Source: Selaginella moellendorffii (taxonomy: Eukaryota > Plantae > Lycopodiophyta). From it: a DNA stretch of 64,000 nucleotides. The stretch is taken from NCBI RefSeq assembly GCF_000143415.4, contig NW_003314276.1, positions 1,848,107-1,912,106 on the forward strand. Direction: 5' to 3'. The translations under genes were made by a program, and so were the position numbers. This document shows positions 1 through 12,414 of the stretch, piece after piece (the first letter of the stretch is position 1; every line of letters begins with the position of its first letter). The notes below the pieces were generated by a model. That model saw only the letters and a program-made list of their open reading frames with translations. It did no database searches and had not been told where the DNA came from.

Positions 1-1208
1 TCCTCCCAGGCGTTGATGTAGTGGAATGATGTCCAATCCGGGACGTCGATCCAGCGAATGCCAAAAGATCCCACGGTCGGGATGCGAGGGATCACCCCGA
101 ATCTAGGAACCTTGGCGGTATCTTCATCAATGACAAGTTTGTTCTTGAGCACTACATCCTGGAACTTCATCACGAGCTGATTCTCTGGAAGGATTGCGTA
201 GTTCTCTGTTATCGCGAAGTCGTGAAACAAGCACGGGTCCGGCAGCCACACGTCGAAATCGGGGCTCTTCCTCCCGTCCGGGCTCGCCCAGAAGTAGCGG
301 AGGTGGGGATTGATCACCGGATTGAAGCTAACCGCGAAGAGCTCGCCAGAGATTGGATCGATCTTTGGATGAGCGCACATCGGCAAGAACAATCGGTTGT
401 TGAAGCTGTAGCGGCCCATGGTGATCAAATCCCCTGCTGGGGTGATACTCACGGCATATGGCATATCATCCTCGGACATGGCCAGAATTCGGCGATCGAA
501 GTAGGCCATCCCAGCGTTGGAGGTTCCCATCCCGCCCAAGATATTGATCAGGCCCAGAGCCGTGCGCATCACAAACAGCCCGAATCGTGCGAGCCCAGCA
601 TAGCTGCTCATGGTGCCCAGTGTGTAGGGGAAGAGAGGCTTGCCCGCTGCTTGCTCCTGGACGAATCGATTGTTCTGGGTGAATCGCGCGCAGTAGACTG
701 GAGCTTGATCCTCTTCATCACCGAACTTGACAGAGTGGAGCATCCCATGGCCATCGAAGTAGTGGTAGCCGGCGGGAGGGGGATGGAGTGGATTGGAGCC
801 ATTGCGGATGTAAGCACTGCCGCGGAGGCAGCGAGGGATCTCGCCAGTGACTCGGCGGCACGGCGTTGGCGGGAACTCTCCAACCGGCGCGAAATTGTCC
901 GCGAGCTGGATCTGGGGGTCTTGCGAGGGAGGGAACTCGCGGGGATCGATGTACGTGGCGATGAGATTCTCCACAGTGTCGCACAGGGCTACCGCCGCCG
1001 CCCGCACCTCTTCTATTGGATTGGGGATTGAGAATCCAGGGGTATTGATATACTTGCGAGAGGATTTGGTGGCGGTGGCTGTGATCCTTGATGATCTTTT
1101 CCTGGGTGGAGCTGGGAAGGAGAAGTTGGTAAGGCTATAACCAATATCAATCCCAACTGTGGCATGCATTGAGGAACAATCAACGACTAAGACCAGTGGC
1201 ATTGGCAT
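1..1208 (-). CDS. Carotenoid cleavage dioxygenase, NCED/CCD4 clade (5' part; runs off the left edge)
   Basis: Hand translation of the minus strand from ATG 1208 is open and intronless to position 1: DPQIQLADNFAPV, AYIRNGSNP, YHYFDGHGMLHSV, LAMSEDDMPY, AHPKIDPISGELF, FHDFAITENY, FHYINAWE (RPE65/CCD family His motifs). Missing from the ORF track because there is no stop in the window. Confidence 0.92.
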   Translation of the reverse strand, partial: MPMPLVLVVDCSSMHATVGIDIGYSLTNFSFPAPPRKRSSRITATATKSSRKYINTPGFSIPNPIEEVRAAAVALCDTVENLIATYIDPREFPPSQDPQIQLADNFAPVGEFPPTPCRRVTGEIPRCLRGSAYIRNGSNPLHPPPAGYHYFDGHGMLHSVKFGDEEDQAPVYCARFTQNNRFVQEQAAGKPLFPYTLGTMSSYAGLARFGLFVMRTALGLINILGGMGTSNAGMAYFDRRILAMSEDDMPYAVSITPAGDLITMGRYSFNNRLFLPMCAHPKIDPISGELFAVSFNPVINPHLRYFWASPDGRKSPDFDVWLPDPCLFHDFAITENYAILPENQLVMKFQDVVLKNKLVIDEDTAKVPRFGVIPRIPTVGSFGIRWIDVPDWTSFHYINAWE

Positions 1209-1324
1209 ACATAACTACATTGATCCCTCCAATCGAATTTCAGAGCTATGGATTGGATGCTCTGTGCCACACCTCTCGCATAGATAAGATCATATTGTAG
1301 GGCTGAGGTGGAGAATGTTACTAG

Positions 1325-1738
1325 CTACTTGGGATGTGGGACAATCAGGGGTTGGAAACAATGCGCGTGAGACCAATAATTGTGTGTCGGTATGTTGGTT
1401 GTTGTAGAAACAATCATCAATTCGGCATGATCAACATTACTTTTATCTTTGCACCTTGCATAGCAGACCACCTTTGGGATGGTTTCATTGTTATACATGA
1501 AACCTATGGGCGTGCATGTCTCTAAGAATTTTTCCCCGCCACACTTTAAATTCCCATTATCATTGTGGATGTGAGTGTTCAAGACCAAATATCGAGGGAG
1601 ACACCATTCTACACGAATAATGGTTGAGCTGAATTCAGCTATAGCACAAGTAAGTGAGAAATTCCCACACCCAAATGTTTTAGGAATGATCAAAGCAGCA
1701 AGCGAGGCAACAATAGAAACTATCAATCGCACACCCAT
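1325..1738 (-). CDS. Secreted cyanovirin-N homolog (CVNH) lectin, C-terminus frameshifted
   Basis: From ATG 1738: signal peptide MGVRLIVSIVASLAALIIPKTFG, then CGNFSLTC...LVLNTHIHNDNGNLKCGGEKFLETC...ARCKD, matching the cyanovirin pattern FSxTC...LNxxIxNxDGxL...FxETC...AxCK. The final motif RIDDCFYNNQ lies in another frame after ~1425. Confidence 0.75.
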   Translation of the reverse strand: MGVRLIVSIVASLAALIIPKTFGCGNFSLTCAIAEFSSTIIRVEWCLPRYLVLNTHIHNDNGNLKCGGEKFLETCTPIGFMYNNETIPKVVCYARCKDKSNVDHAELMIVSTTTNIPTHNYWSHAHCFQPLIVPHPK

Positions 1739-1869
1739 TCTAAAAATTAGTTTTTTGAAGTACAAACGCTGAGATTTATTGGCAAGTGAAAATCCAATCA
1801 ACCTAAATTTTTTTGCCATGTAGTCCACGTAGCTAAATATTCTTATTGATGAACGAACATTGGGGTTGT

Positions 1870-2559
1870 CAAACATTCTCTTCGCAAAAAGCACAATTTC
1901 GGGCAAGAGCACAATCTGCTATCACGCTGTGATTGGCATTGTTTCGAACGCTTCCTCCAACTTCTGGTAGTTAACATACCCTGTCAGCATGGCGGTCCAC
2001 GTAACCTCGTCTCGTCATTCATCAAAGAGATTCTTTAGATGTTGCCGGACTAAATGATCGCCTTGATCAGGCAGACCTAAATATATGGCTTCGGCGTCAT
2101 GAGTCCGTTCATGAGAATACAAGCGCAGCATAAACGCTGCATGCTGTAAAAATTCTTCTCAGCCTCGACTGTCGTCGTGATCTGTGCAAGCACAGCACAA
2201 GACAATGGACTCGTGAAGCAGCCACTTTCCGCCAAGATGACAAGAAAAGCAGTGGAGGCAACCAAATCCTTATGAGGGTGGCCAAAGCATTGGGCGTGAA
2301 CGACAGAGGAGCAAACTCTGGTGTTGGAAAAGGTGTTCTTCGCCTCCTGCAAATGCCCAGCTTGGGCAGTTGCTGCTAGATGAGAGTTCCAAGAAACAAG
2401 ATCTCTCGGCATAAAAAGAGTCCTTAATTGGCATATGTTGGTTGTTTGTTGTCTAAGAGATTAGCTCCTTTCCGGCATAAGCTCAAAGATGCATTGCTTT
2501 ATCCAAATGCCCGTTTGTGGCATACTATCATTGCATTCCGGCCTCTCTCTCTCTCTCTC

Positions 2560-2638
<79 letters not shown>

Positions 2639-2900
2639 ATTCATGGAATAAAAAACAGGAGTAAGCCAATGATCATGATTGACCATGAAGCAAGGTCCCA
2701 TTCGATCAAACAACTGCTTTGCTTGGTCAAGATGGCTGTTTGATGCGGCATGGCATTCCATTCCTCGATCTAGATACTTGCCATGCCGCCTCAGGGCATC
2801 CACACCTCCCATACATTTGCACCAGAAAATTGGATGCCAAACAATCTGCTGCCTCAAGGAGGTGCTTGATCTCATTGTGAAGCTTACAAGCTGCAGATAG
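1870..2900 (-). pseudogene. Degenerate PLS-type pentatricopeptide repeat (PPR) gene
   Basis: Fragments in shifting frames with stops: NFLVQMYGRCGCPEAAWQV, HLDQAKQLFDRM, MPRDLVSWNSHLAATAQAGHLQEAK, LFDE*RDEVTWTAMLTGY, FAKRMFD; interrupted by a microsatellite. Confidence 0.75.
2543..2634. repeat. Compound (CT)n(CA)n microsatellite
   Basis: Directly visible: ~60 nt CT then ~32 nt CA. Confidence 0.97.
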
Positions 2901-2974
2901 ATTGCTACACTTTTTTATTCCATCCAATAAAACCTCTTGACCATACATTGCTCTCTATGAGAAAAAAAGCATAT

Positions 2975-3426
2975 CTGTTGATGCAATCTTGGCTAGTGCC
3001 TTGAGAGTTGTAGAAACAATCATTAATTCGGAGATTAGTGCCTTGACCTACACCACCATCGTCTTTGCAGCTTTGGGATTTCCATTTGTAAAATTTAAAC
3101 ATGCATGGCTCAATTTGAGAAAGTGGGGCTGTAAATTAATACGCGATCGCGATCGGTAAAGATTCTTCAAACCGTGAAATCACACCTTTGCCAGTGGGAA
3201 TCGCATATTATGTTTGCTAGTACTGAATTTACAGTAGATCTAAGCATAGATCCATATATTATGGAGAGAATTTTTTGCCCGCCACACATCAAAACTAAGA
3301 AATTTCAGACTTTCCAAGGACACACTGTTCTACATGACTATTGGTTATATTTAATTCGCTTACAAAGCGAATTCCCCCAGAAATGATCCAAGCAGCAAGC
3401 CACACACCAATCACTTGTACAGCCAT
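2975..3426 (-). pseudogene. Second, more decayed CVNH-like copy
   Basis: Nucleotide similarity to 1400-1770 (aaatgatccaagcagcaagc vs gaatgatcaaagcagcaagc; agaattttttgcccgccacac vs agaatttttccccgccacac; gttgtagaaacaatcat shared). Peptides MAVQVIGVWLAAWII, CGGQK, SCKDDGGVGQGTNLRINDCFYNSQGT with stops and frameshifts. Confidence 0.65.
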
Positions 3427-3626
3427 TCTTAAAATTTGGTTTTGAGGTAAGGATAAAACCAGCATAGAGCAGAATTTCACAAGAGGTTCCTGGATGATCC
3501 AATCCAATTGATGCTGATCACTCTCAATCAAATCCTCGAGAAGTTTGATAGGGAAAAATCCAATCAAGACGCTTTTGGAGAAGCAATTTCTAGAAAAAAC
3601 TGGCGCGTCAAGGGGACTGGAATCTC

Positions 3627-3698
3627 GCCACGTACGCGCAAAACGCCACGTGGCTTTCATAGATTCGCCTCCACTAGGCGTGTGTTTTTGACCACGTC
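3627..3698. promoter_or_regulatory. ACGT-core (G-box/ABRE-like) cluster upstream of the small ORF at 3899
   Basis: gccacgta (3627), gccacgtggc (3645), accacgtc (3691); TATA-like ctataaat at ~3881. Confidence 0.4.
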
Positions 3699-3898
3699 CG
3701 GCTCCACGCTTTCGATTGACGCAATAAAAGTACCATTCCTCGTTTGGTGGCACAGCCTGTGCTCTGCGATCTCATCCCCTCCCATCTCCGCTCCCTCCAA
3801 TTCGATCGATCCATCGATCAGTCCGGTAGCCAGTAGCGCTAGCATCCAGATCCTCTCCTCCAATTCGCGTCAATTCTATGCTATAAATTACAGGATCT

Positions 3899-4198
3899 AT
3901 GGCTTACTTCAAATCTATGGCAACTATGGCGGCTGCCACGGCCACTGCAGCGATCTACGAGGCTCGTGTCCATCACTTCCATCACGACTCGCCTTCCTCC
4001 TCCGCGAATTCGCCAGATCACGAGCAATTCCACCAGGATCCCTCGTTAGGAGCGCACAACCAAGGGGCAAGCAGCAAGATCCAAGCTCAGGATCACAAGA
4101 ACCAAGGGGGAGGAGTGATGGGCAGTGGTTGCATCCCACAGCATCAAGACCCAAGGCTCCATTTCTTCGATACTCTCATCCCTGGCACTAGATACTAG
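3899..4198 (+). CDS. Small intronless protein (~90-99 aa), possibly of the plant small-protein group ending in a FAPxFDGLxF(I/F)ETL-like motif
   Basis: Ala/Thr-rich N-terminus (MATMAAATATAAI), low-complexity middle, C-terminal IPQHQDPRLHFFDTLIPG; TATA-like box upstream, so the real start may be 3917 or 3926. Confidence 0.55.
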   Translation: MAYFKSMATMAAATATAAIYEARVHHFHHDSPSSSANSPDHEQFHQDPSLGAHNQGASSKIQAQDHKNQGGGVMGSGCIPQHQDPRLHFFDTLIPGTRY

Positions 4199-4360
4199 CG
4201 ATAGAAACGAAAAGGCTCCCATTCATCGATGATTCTTCCAATTGTCAATAAATTCCATGACCTCTCATACTAAAAGAACTCCAATTGTTTGATCAAATGG
4301 TTCTTTAGTTCGATGATAGTTTACACCCAAAAAGTTTCTTTGCCATCTCTATGATCATCT

Positions 4361-5679
4361 CTATGATCGCCTAAACGCGTTCTTGTCCGTGAACTTCTCG
4401 CGGTAGTGCGATCGCCGATGCAAAGTATCCGCGACCGAGGCACTGCCTCCATTCTCGGTGCCATAGACACTCCTGTTCGTCTCGTCCAGGAAGTTCTTCC
4501 CCGACTTGATCGAGTCCTTCTCCTCCTGGACAGCGTCGCTCGCCGAGGCGCGTTTGATTCGCTGCCATCGCTGCTCCTCGTGGAGCTCCGCGTCCTGCTG
4601 CATCTCTCTCAGCCGCGCCATCTTCTCCTCCTCGCTCAGCTGGACTTCTTCCTCGGCAGCGGTGGCTTGCCGGAGTCGCGGTTTTCCTCCCTGTCCCTGT
4701 GCCTGTCTTCGTGACTGCGATGCCGATCATCCACGTCTGGGCTATCGTGTCTCTCCCGCTTTCTACTTCTCGTATCATCGCCCTCGAGAACTTGGTTGCT
4801 TCTGTACCTGTCTTGCTCGTCTCTCTCGGGAATTCTTTTGCTGCGATCTTCTCGATCATCCCGTGAAGAAGCAACTATTTTGTTTCTATGCCTGTCTTCC
4901 TCGTCGCTGTCCTCAGCAGATCTTTTCCTCCTGCTATACCTGTCATCCTCATCGGAAGCTCTTTTGTTTCCATCGTCATCCTCCTCGGCAGCTCTTCTGC
5001 TTCGATCAGCTCTCTTTGCTTCTGGCTCGCCAGCTTCACCGTTCTCTTTCGTTTTTTTCTTCAGTGCCTTCCTTTTCTGCTTCTCCTCGACTTTTATCTG
5101 CTTTCAATCGCTTCTTTTCCTCTTTAGGAAGAAAAACATACCTCTTTTCGCAAAGCTTCCATCTTCAAAGGATTGCTCTTGATTCGTTCCCGAGCGGCCA
5201 GCTCTTGCTGCCTAATCAAGAGCAAAGGATCCGACCGAGTTTTCCTCCACTTGTCATTAGCCGAGATCTTCTCTTCCACGAACAGCGATCCCGGCGTGGC
5301 GGCCACCTGCTGGATCTCTCCTCTTTGGATTCTTCGAGAGGCTTACCAAGCAAATACTCCTCATTCGACGGCTTGCCAACGCCCAACCCCGATTCGTAGA
5401 GAAAATCCAAGCGCTCCTGCCTCCTGGAAAAACCAAGCAAAATTCCCATCAGTCACTCGCTGGCGCGCAGAGAAAATCCAAAATCTAGCTAGAACACTTA
5501 CGGCACCAGCCCCGCTTGCTCCTGGAGCTTGCGAAATTCCAAATGATCCTGCTCATCCCTGATCTGCTTCTGGAGCTCCTCGAGCTTCCGCTTCTCCGCC
5601 TCGCGGCCTTCCACACCGTCTCGATGTTGCGCAGGCTGCCCGTGTGCCATCCCTTCTTGTTGAGAAACTTGAGCGCCAT
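4361..5679 (-). pseudogene. CWC25: Pre-mRNA splicing factor CWC25 with several frameshifts (pseudogene, null allele or assembly error)
   Basis: MALKFLNKKGWHTGSLRNIETVWKA, EQAGLVPRQERLDFLYESGL, SANDKWRKTRSDPLLLIRQQE, LSEEEKMARLREMQQDAE. The frame changes near 5604, 5320 and 4645. Confidence 0.8.
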
Positions 5680-6587
5680 AGCGGGATCCTCACGAACCCT
5701 AACTCAAGAGCCCTAAAGGTTTCATTTATAGCAAAACATTAAGGTCCCTAAACAAAGTTTCCTAGATATCAGGGGCCGTGAGGAGCATATTCCGTCGCGC
5801 ATCTCCGTCGCGTGCTCTCCGGGGCTTTCATTAATAAGCGTCGGCACATGCACCACTAAATGCCGCCTTGCAATCGTCGTCGTCCGGTCGCGGAGATCGA
5901 CGGCCTTAATGGCGCCAGCGGGGCAGAGGCCGGGGCTCTTAATTCCAGCTTTGGCATTCAAGTCCCCTGCGTATTTCCCCGCGCTCGGCCACCGCGCGGT
6001 GCTGGACGCGGTGTTTGGTGCTTTACTTTCCACTCGCTAGATTGGCCGTGCGGCTGACGCACGTGTGCCGCACAAGGCCGCGTCGCCACATTGGCGGAAG
6101 AGAGTAGCGTCTCGCCTTCCTTCTCTCTCACACCCAATCTCGTGGAGCTACATTTTTTATTTTTCTAGGTCAGCTGTTGCTGCCACAGATTTGTTGCGAG
6201 CGCTTTCGATTCGAGGTGATGGCGCAGCGAGCAGCGCTGCTCGACAATCTCACGCTCGTTCTTCGAGGAAGAAATTTCTGGCGCTGCGCGGCGGATTGCT
6301 CATCGTCTACTCCGGTAGCTACCGGTGCTGGAGCGTCATCGGATTTTCCCTAGGTAGAGCACAGGAATCGTAGCTAGAGCTAGAAATTGGGCGAATATTA
6401 TCCTCGCGACTGTGTTCTTCGTCCTCTTCGGCGGCTGGGATTTTGCGCCATGGGATCTTCGCTAGCTAGAGTAGAAGTAGAACACAGGTGGGGAGGAATC
6501 GAGCGTAGCTAAAGCTAGAAATTTGGGAAAATATTTCGGGATTGGATTTGCAAATGTATATGGAGGGGAGCTGATTTGCGCTGGGCA

Positions 6588-9140
<2,553 letters not shown>

Positions 9141-9765
9141 TCATCAAAACTTCATCCAATTTGGATTCTCTAAGATCGCTCTCACTCGCTCGCGAGATCG
9201 CTGCTTATCTTCTTCTCGTTTCCATTCACACTGTAAATTCTCTATGATTGATTGTCGAGCTAGCGCTAAAAAGACTACCATTTTTTTCCACCTTGGACTT
9301 GATCGCTGGGGCTCCGCCCGGGGTTCGAGTCCCATTAGCTTACGTGCCACGTCACGGCCATGTCATCAGAGATACGTTTTGACTGCGACGGAGCTGCGAT
9401 TGGAAGAAGCGAGCGCTCTCTCTCCAAGCAACAGTACCCTACACTCTTTCTTTTTTAGGGCTTGTGGATGGGAGGAGGAGAGGCTAGGCGCATTGTGGAC
9501 CTGGTCTTGGAGCGCCGCCGTGTCGCGCTCACGGGATTCCCTGGTGCTACTGCTCATACTGGCGCTGGCTCTGCGCTCTCGATCGATCGAGCTCACCGGC
9601 GGCGCTGCATCATCGGCGCCTCGGGAATCTCCAGGTGAGGGTTACTGCTGCTCGAGCGCTACTAGGTCACGAGCATTGGTGATCTCGGAGGACAGGGTAG
9701 GAATCGCGGGGTAGCGATGAGAATAGAAGCGTAATATCGCGGCCGCTGTCCAAGAAGAGCTTGGA

Positions 9766-11998
9766 ATGGGCGAGCCAATGTTAACCGAGAAGCTCGAGGG
9801 AGGTGAGAATGCTCCGGAGGATGGATGTAGCAGCAGTGACAATGTCCAGAAGAGATTTTGGCGGTCGGCTTCATGGTCGTCCTCGCATTCCGCGCCGCCG
9901 AGTCCCGGAAGGCCAGTTCTTCCCATGGACAAGCCTGGCACATCGTATCAGCTTCCTCTCACGCCTCGGCAACAGGGTAGCCGGAGAGGGCCAACGCTAC
10001 CACCGCTGCTAACCTCTGGGAGAGTTGGGAACGACGAGGCCAGGGACTGGGCTCCTCTTACTCCACGCAGGGATATAAACCGGATGAAGAACGGGCTGGA
10101 GATCAAGCTCGACCTCGCTGCCGTGCAGCGCTGCCGGGATTCGTCCGAGCCAACGGAGATGCAAATGAAGAGGGACAAGTTTGCGTTCTTCGAGAAAGAG
10201 TGCTCGAGGGTGGCCGAGCACATCTACTTGGGGAGTGATGCTGTGGCCAGGAACCGGGAGACTTTGCTAGCCAACAAGATCACTCACGTACTCAACTGCG
10301 TGGGATTCATCTGCAAGGAGTACTTCCGGGACGACTTCAAGTACCACACTCTGTGGCTGCAAGACAGTCCCTCGGAAGACATCACCAGCATCCTCTACGA
10401 CGTTTTTGACTACTTTGAGGAGGTCCGGGAGCTGGGTGGCCGGGTGTTTGTCCACTGCTGCCAAGGTGTGTCTCGATCCACAGCGCTGGTGATCGCGTAC
10501 TTGATGTGGAGAGAGGGACGGAGCTTTGAGGATGCGTTCCAGGACGTGAAAGCTGCCAGGGGGATCACCAATCCGAACATGGGATTTGCGTGCCAGCTCC
10601 TCCAAGCACAGAAACGAGTCCATGCCTCTCCCGCGAGCCCGAACTCGATCCTTCGCATGTACCGGATGGCTCCACACTCGCCTTACGACGCACTGCACCT
10701 GGTTCCCAAGACCATCAACAATCCAAGCCCGACGGCGCTCGACTCAAGGGGGGCGTTTGTGGTTCACGTACCCAGTGCCATCTTCGTGTGGATCGGAAGG
10801 AAGTGCGAGAAGGAGATGGAGATCCTTGCCAAAGCGGCTGCTGGACAGGTTGTGCGATATGAGAGGGCGCAAGCTCCGATCATGTCCATATTCGAGGGTG
10901 AGGAACCTGAGGACTTCTGGGAGGCTTTCAGCAAAGGCTCGAGCAACTTGGAAGGGGGATACGATCGACTCAAGGGCGACTTGAAGCGGGTGGAAGCGTA
11001 CGACCTGGACTTTGAGCTCTACCACAGAGCGTTGCAAGGAGTGGTTCCACCGTCTGGTGCCGTGGTAACTCACATACCGGCAAGGGTCAGTGGCTGGAGC
11101 AGGCTGAGGAAGAAGTTCTTCTCGGGATCCGTCAAGGAAAAGGTGGCGGCTATCAAGGAGTCGGGGTGTACAAGGAGCGGCTCTCCGCATTCTCCACTCT
11201 CGGAAACCTCTACACCATCATCGTCGCCCCCAGCCTCGGGCTGCCCGTCTCCGTCTTACTTCTTCTCGGCATCGCCAACTCCTTCGCCGGCTTCGTCCTA
11301 CTCGTGGTCTCCAGCCTCCTCGGACGAGTCATCGGCCTCGAGTCGCTACACTTCTCCGGCTCCTTCTCCACTGCGGTTCCCGTCGGCCGCGCCATCGGGG
11401 AAACCATCGTCCGTGTCGCTGGCAGAGCGTAGGGGAGGGATGCCTCCATCGCTCTTTCTCGGCAGCATGGTCGAGGAGCCGCCTCCAACTCCGAGGTTTG
11501 GAAAGACCTTCAGCTTTAAGTCGGATTCCGACGCAAGCGCTGGCTTGGACGCTTCCGCCACTCCAAGTCCAGACAGTGACCGGGCGATGGAGATTGACAA
11601 CAACGGGGATAAGAAGAGGAGGATTTACGAGTGGCCCCGGCTCAAGAACGTCGACTTGTCCGGCAGGCACGACTTGGATTCCAGCAGCGTCTACATTCTA
11701 GTGAACCGAGTCACGGGGAGAGACGCTGGCGACTTGTTCATCTGGGTGGGAAGCAAGGCTGGGATTTGCATTGACGGCGTTGGTTCTCCCTGCCTGGACG
11801 AGGCTGGAGGTCCAAACTGGGAGCAAATTGGAGCTGGCTTCCTCAAGCGCATGGACATTCACAGTGACAAGCCTGCCAGTGTAAGTTTTTATCTTTCGTT
11901 CGTTTCGTTCTTCTGGAGTGATGGATTTTCGCTCCTTGCAGGTAATCAAAGAAGGCGAGGAACCAGAAGAGCTCTGGGAGAAGTTTTTCTCGTTGTGA
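9766..11998 (+). CDS. MKP1: MAP kinase phosphatase 1 (dual-specificity phosphatase plus gelsolin-like domains)
   Basis: FWRSASWS, catalytic VHCCQGVSRS, LRMYRMAPHSPYD, LDSRGAF; one intron 11881-11941; last exon VIKEGEEPEELWEKFFSL*. Confidence 0.93.
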
Positions 11999-12414
11999 CA
12001 ACCTTTTGAAGCGAGCAGCAGCGTATCCTGTTTGGTAGATGCTGCTTTGCTCGGGGGTGGCTGACAACACAAGGCACGCGTCATTCTTTTAGTCAGGTTT
12101 CCTGGCTTCTTAAAAGTGGTTTTCCTTCTTTTTTCCTTCTATAAAAAACTCATTTTCAGCTCCAATCTGTTCAGATAGTAGCGGTCTCTGGCGATCACGA
12201 TAGCATGAGGATCGATCGAGAGAACCAAGGAGGTGAATGGAACTGAGTTTTTGGTGTACTGACGTTACTCCTTCCAGCCTCGCCATTACCTTGCTGTGGC
12301 TAGGCGGCGATTAGATTGCTACGAACCAAGTACTCTCTAAGAAACGAGGCTATGATCTTGAGGGTAACTCTCGGAAGTTCAAGAAAAAATTGGTTTGGAA
12401 CAAAAGAATGAAGA

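Noticed and set aside
222-1031. 269-aa plus-strand ORF
   Set aside because: Antisense shadow of the carotenoid dioxygenase; no motifs.
3640-3753. EEWYFYCVNRK...MKATW resembling NAC subdomain C
   Set aside because: No other NAC subdomains; it overlaps the G-box promoter of the plus-strand small gene, so probably coincidental.
4506-5399. 297-aa plus-strand ORF
   Set aside because: Antisense to purine-rich CWC25.
9320-9333. gggttcgagtccc tRNA T-loop/B-box-like motif
   Set aside because: No cloverleaf, acceptor stem or A-box.
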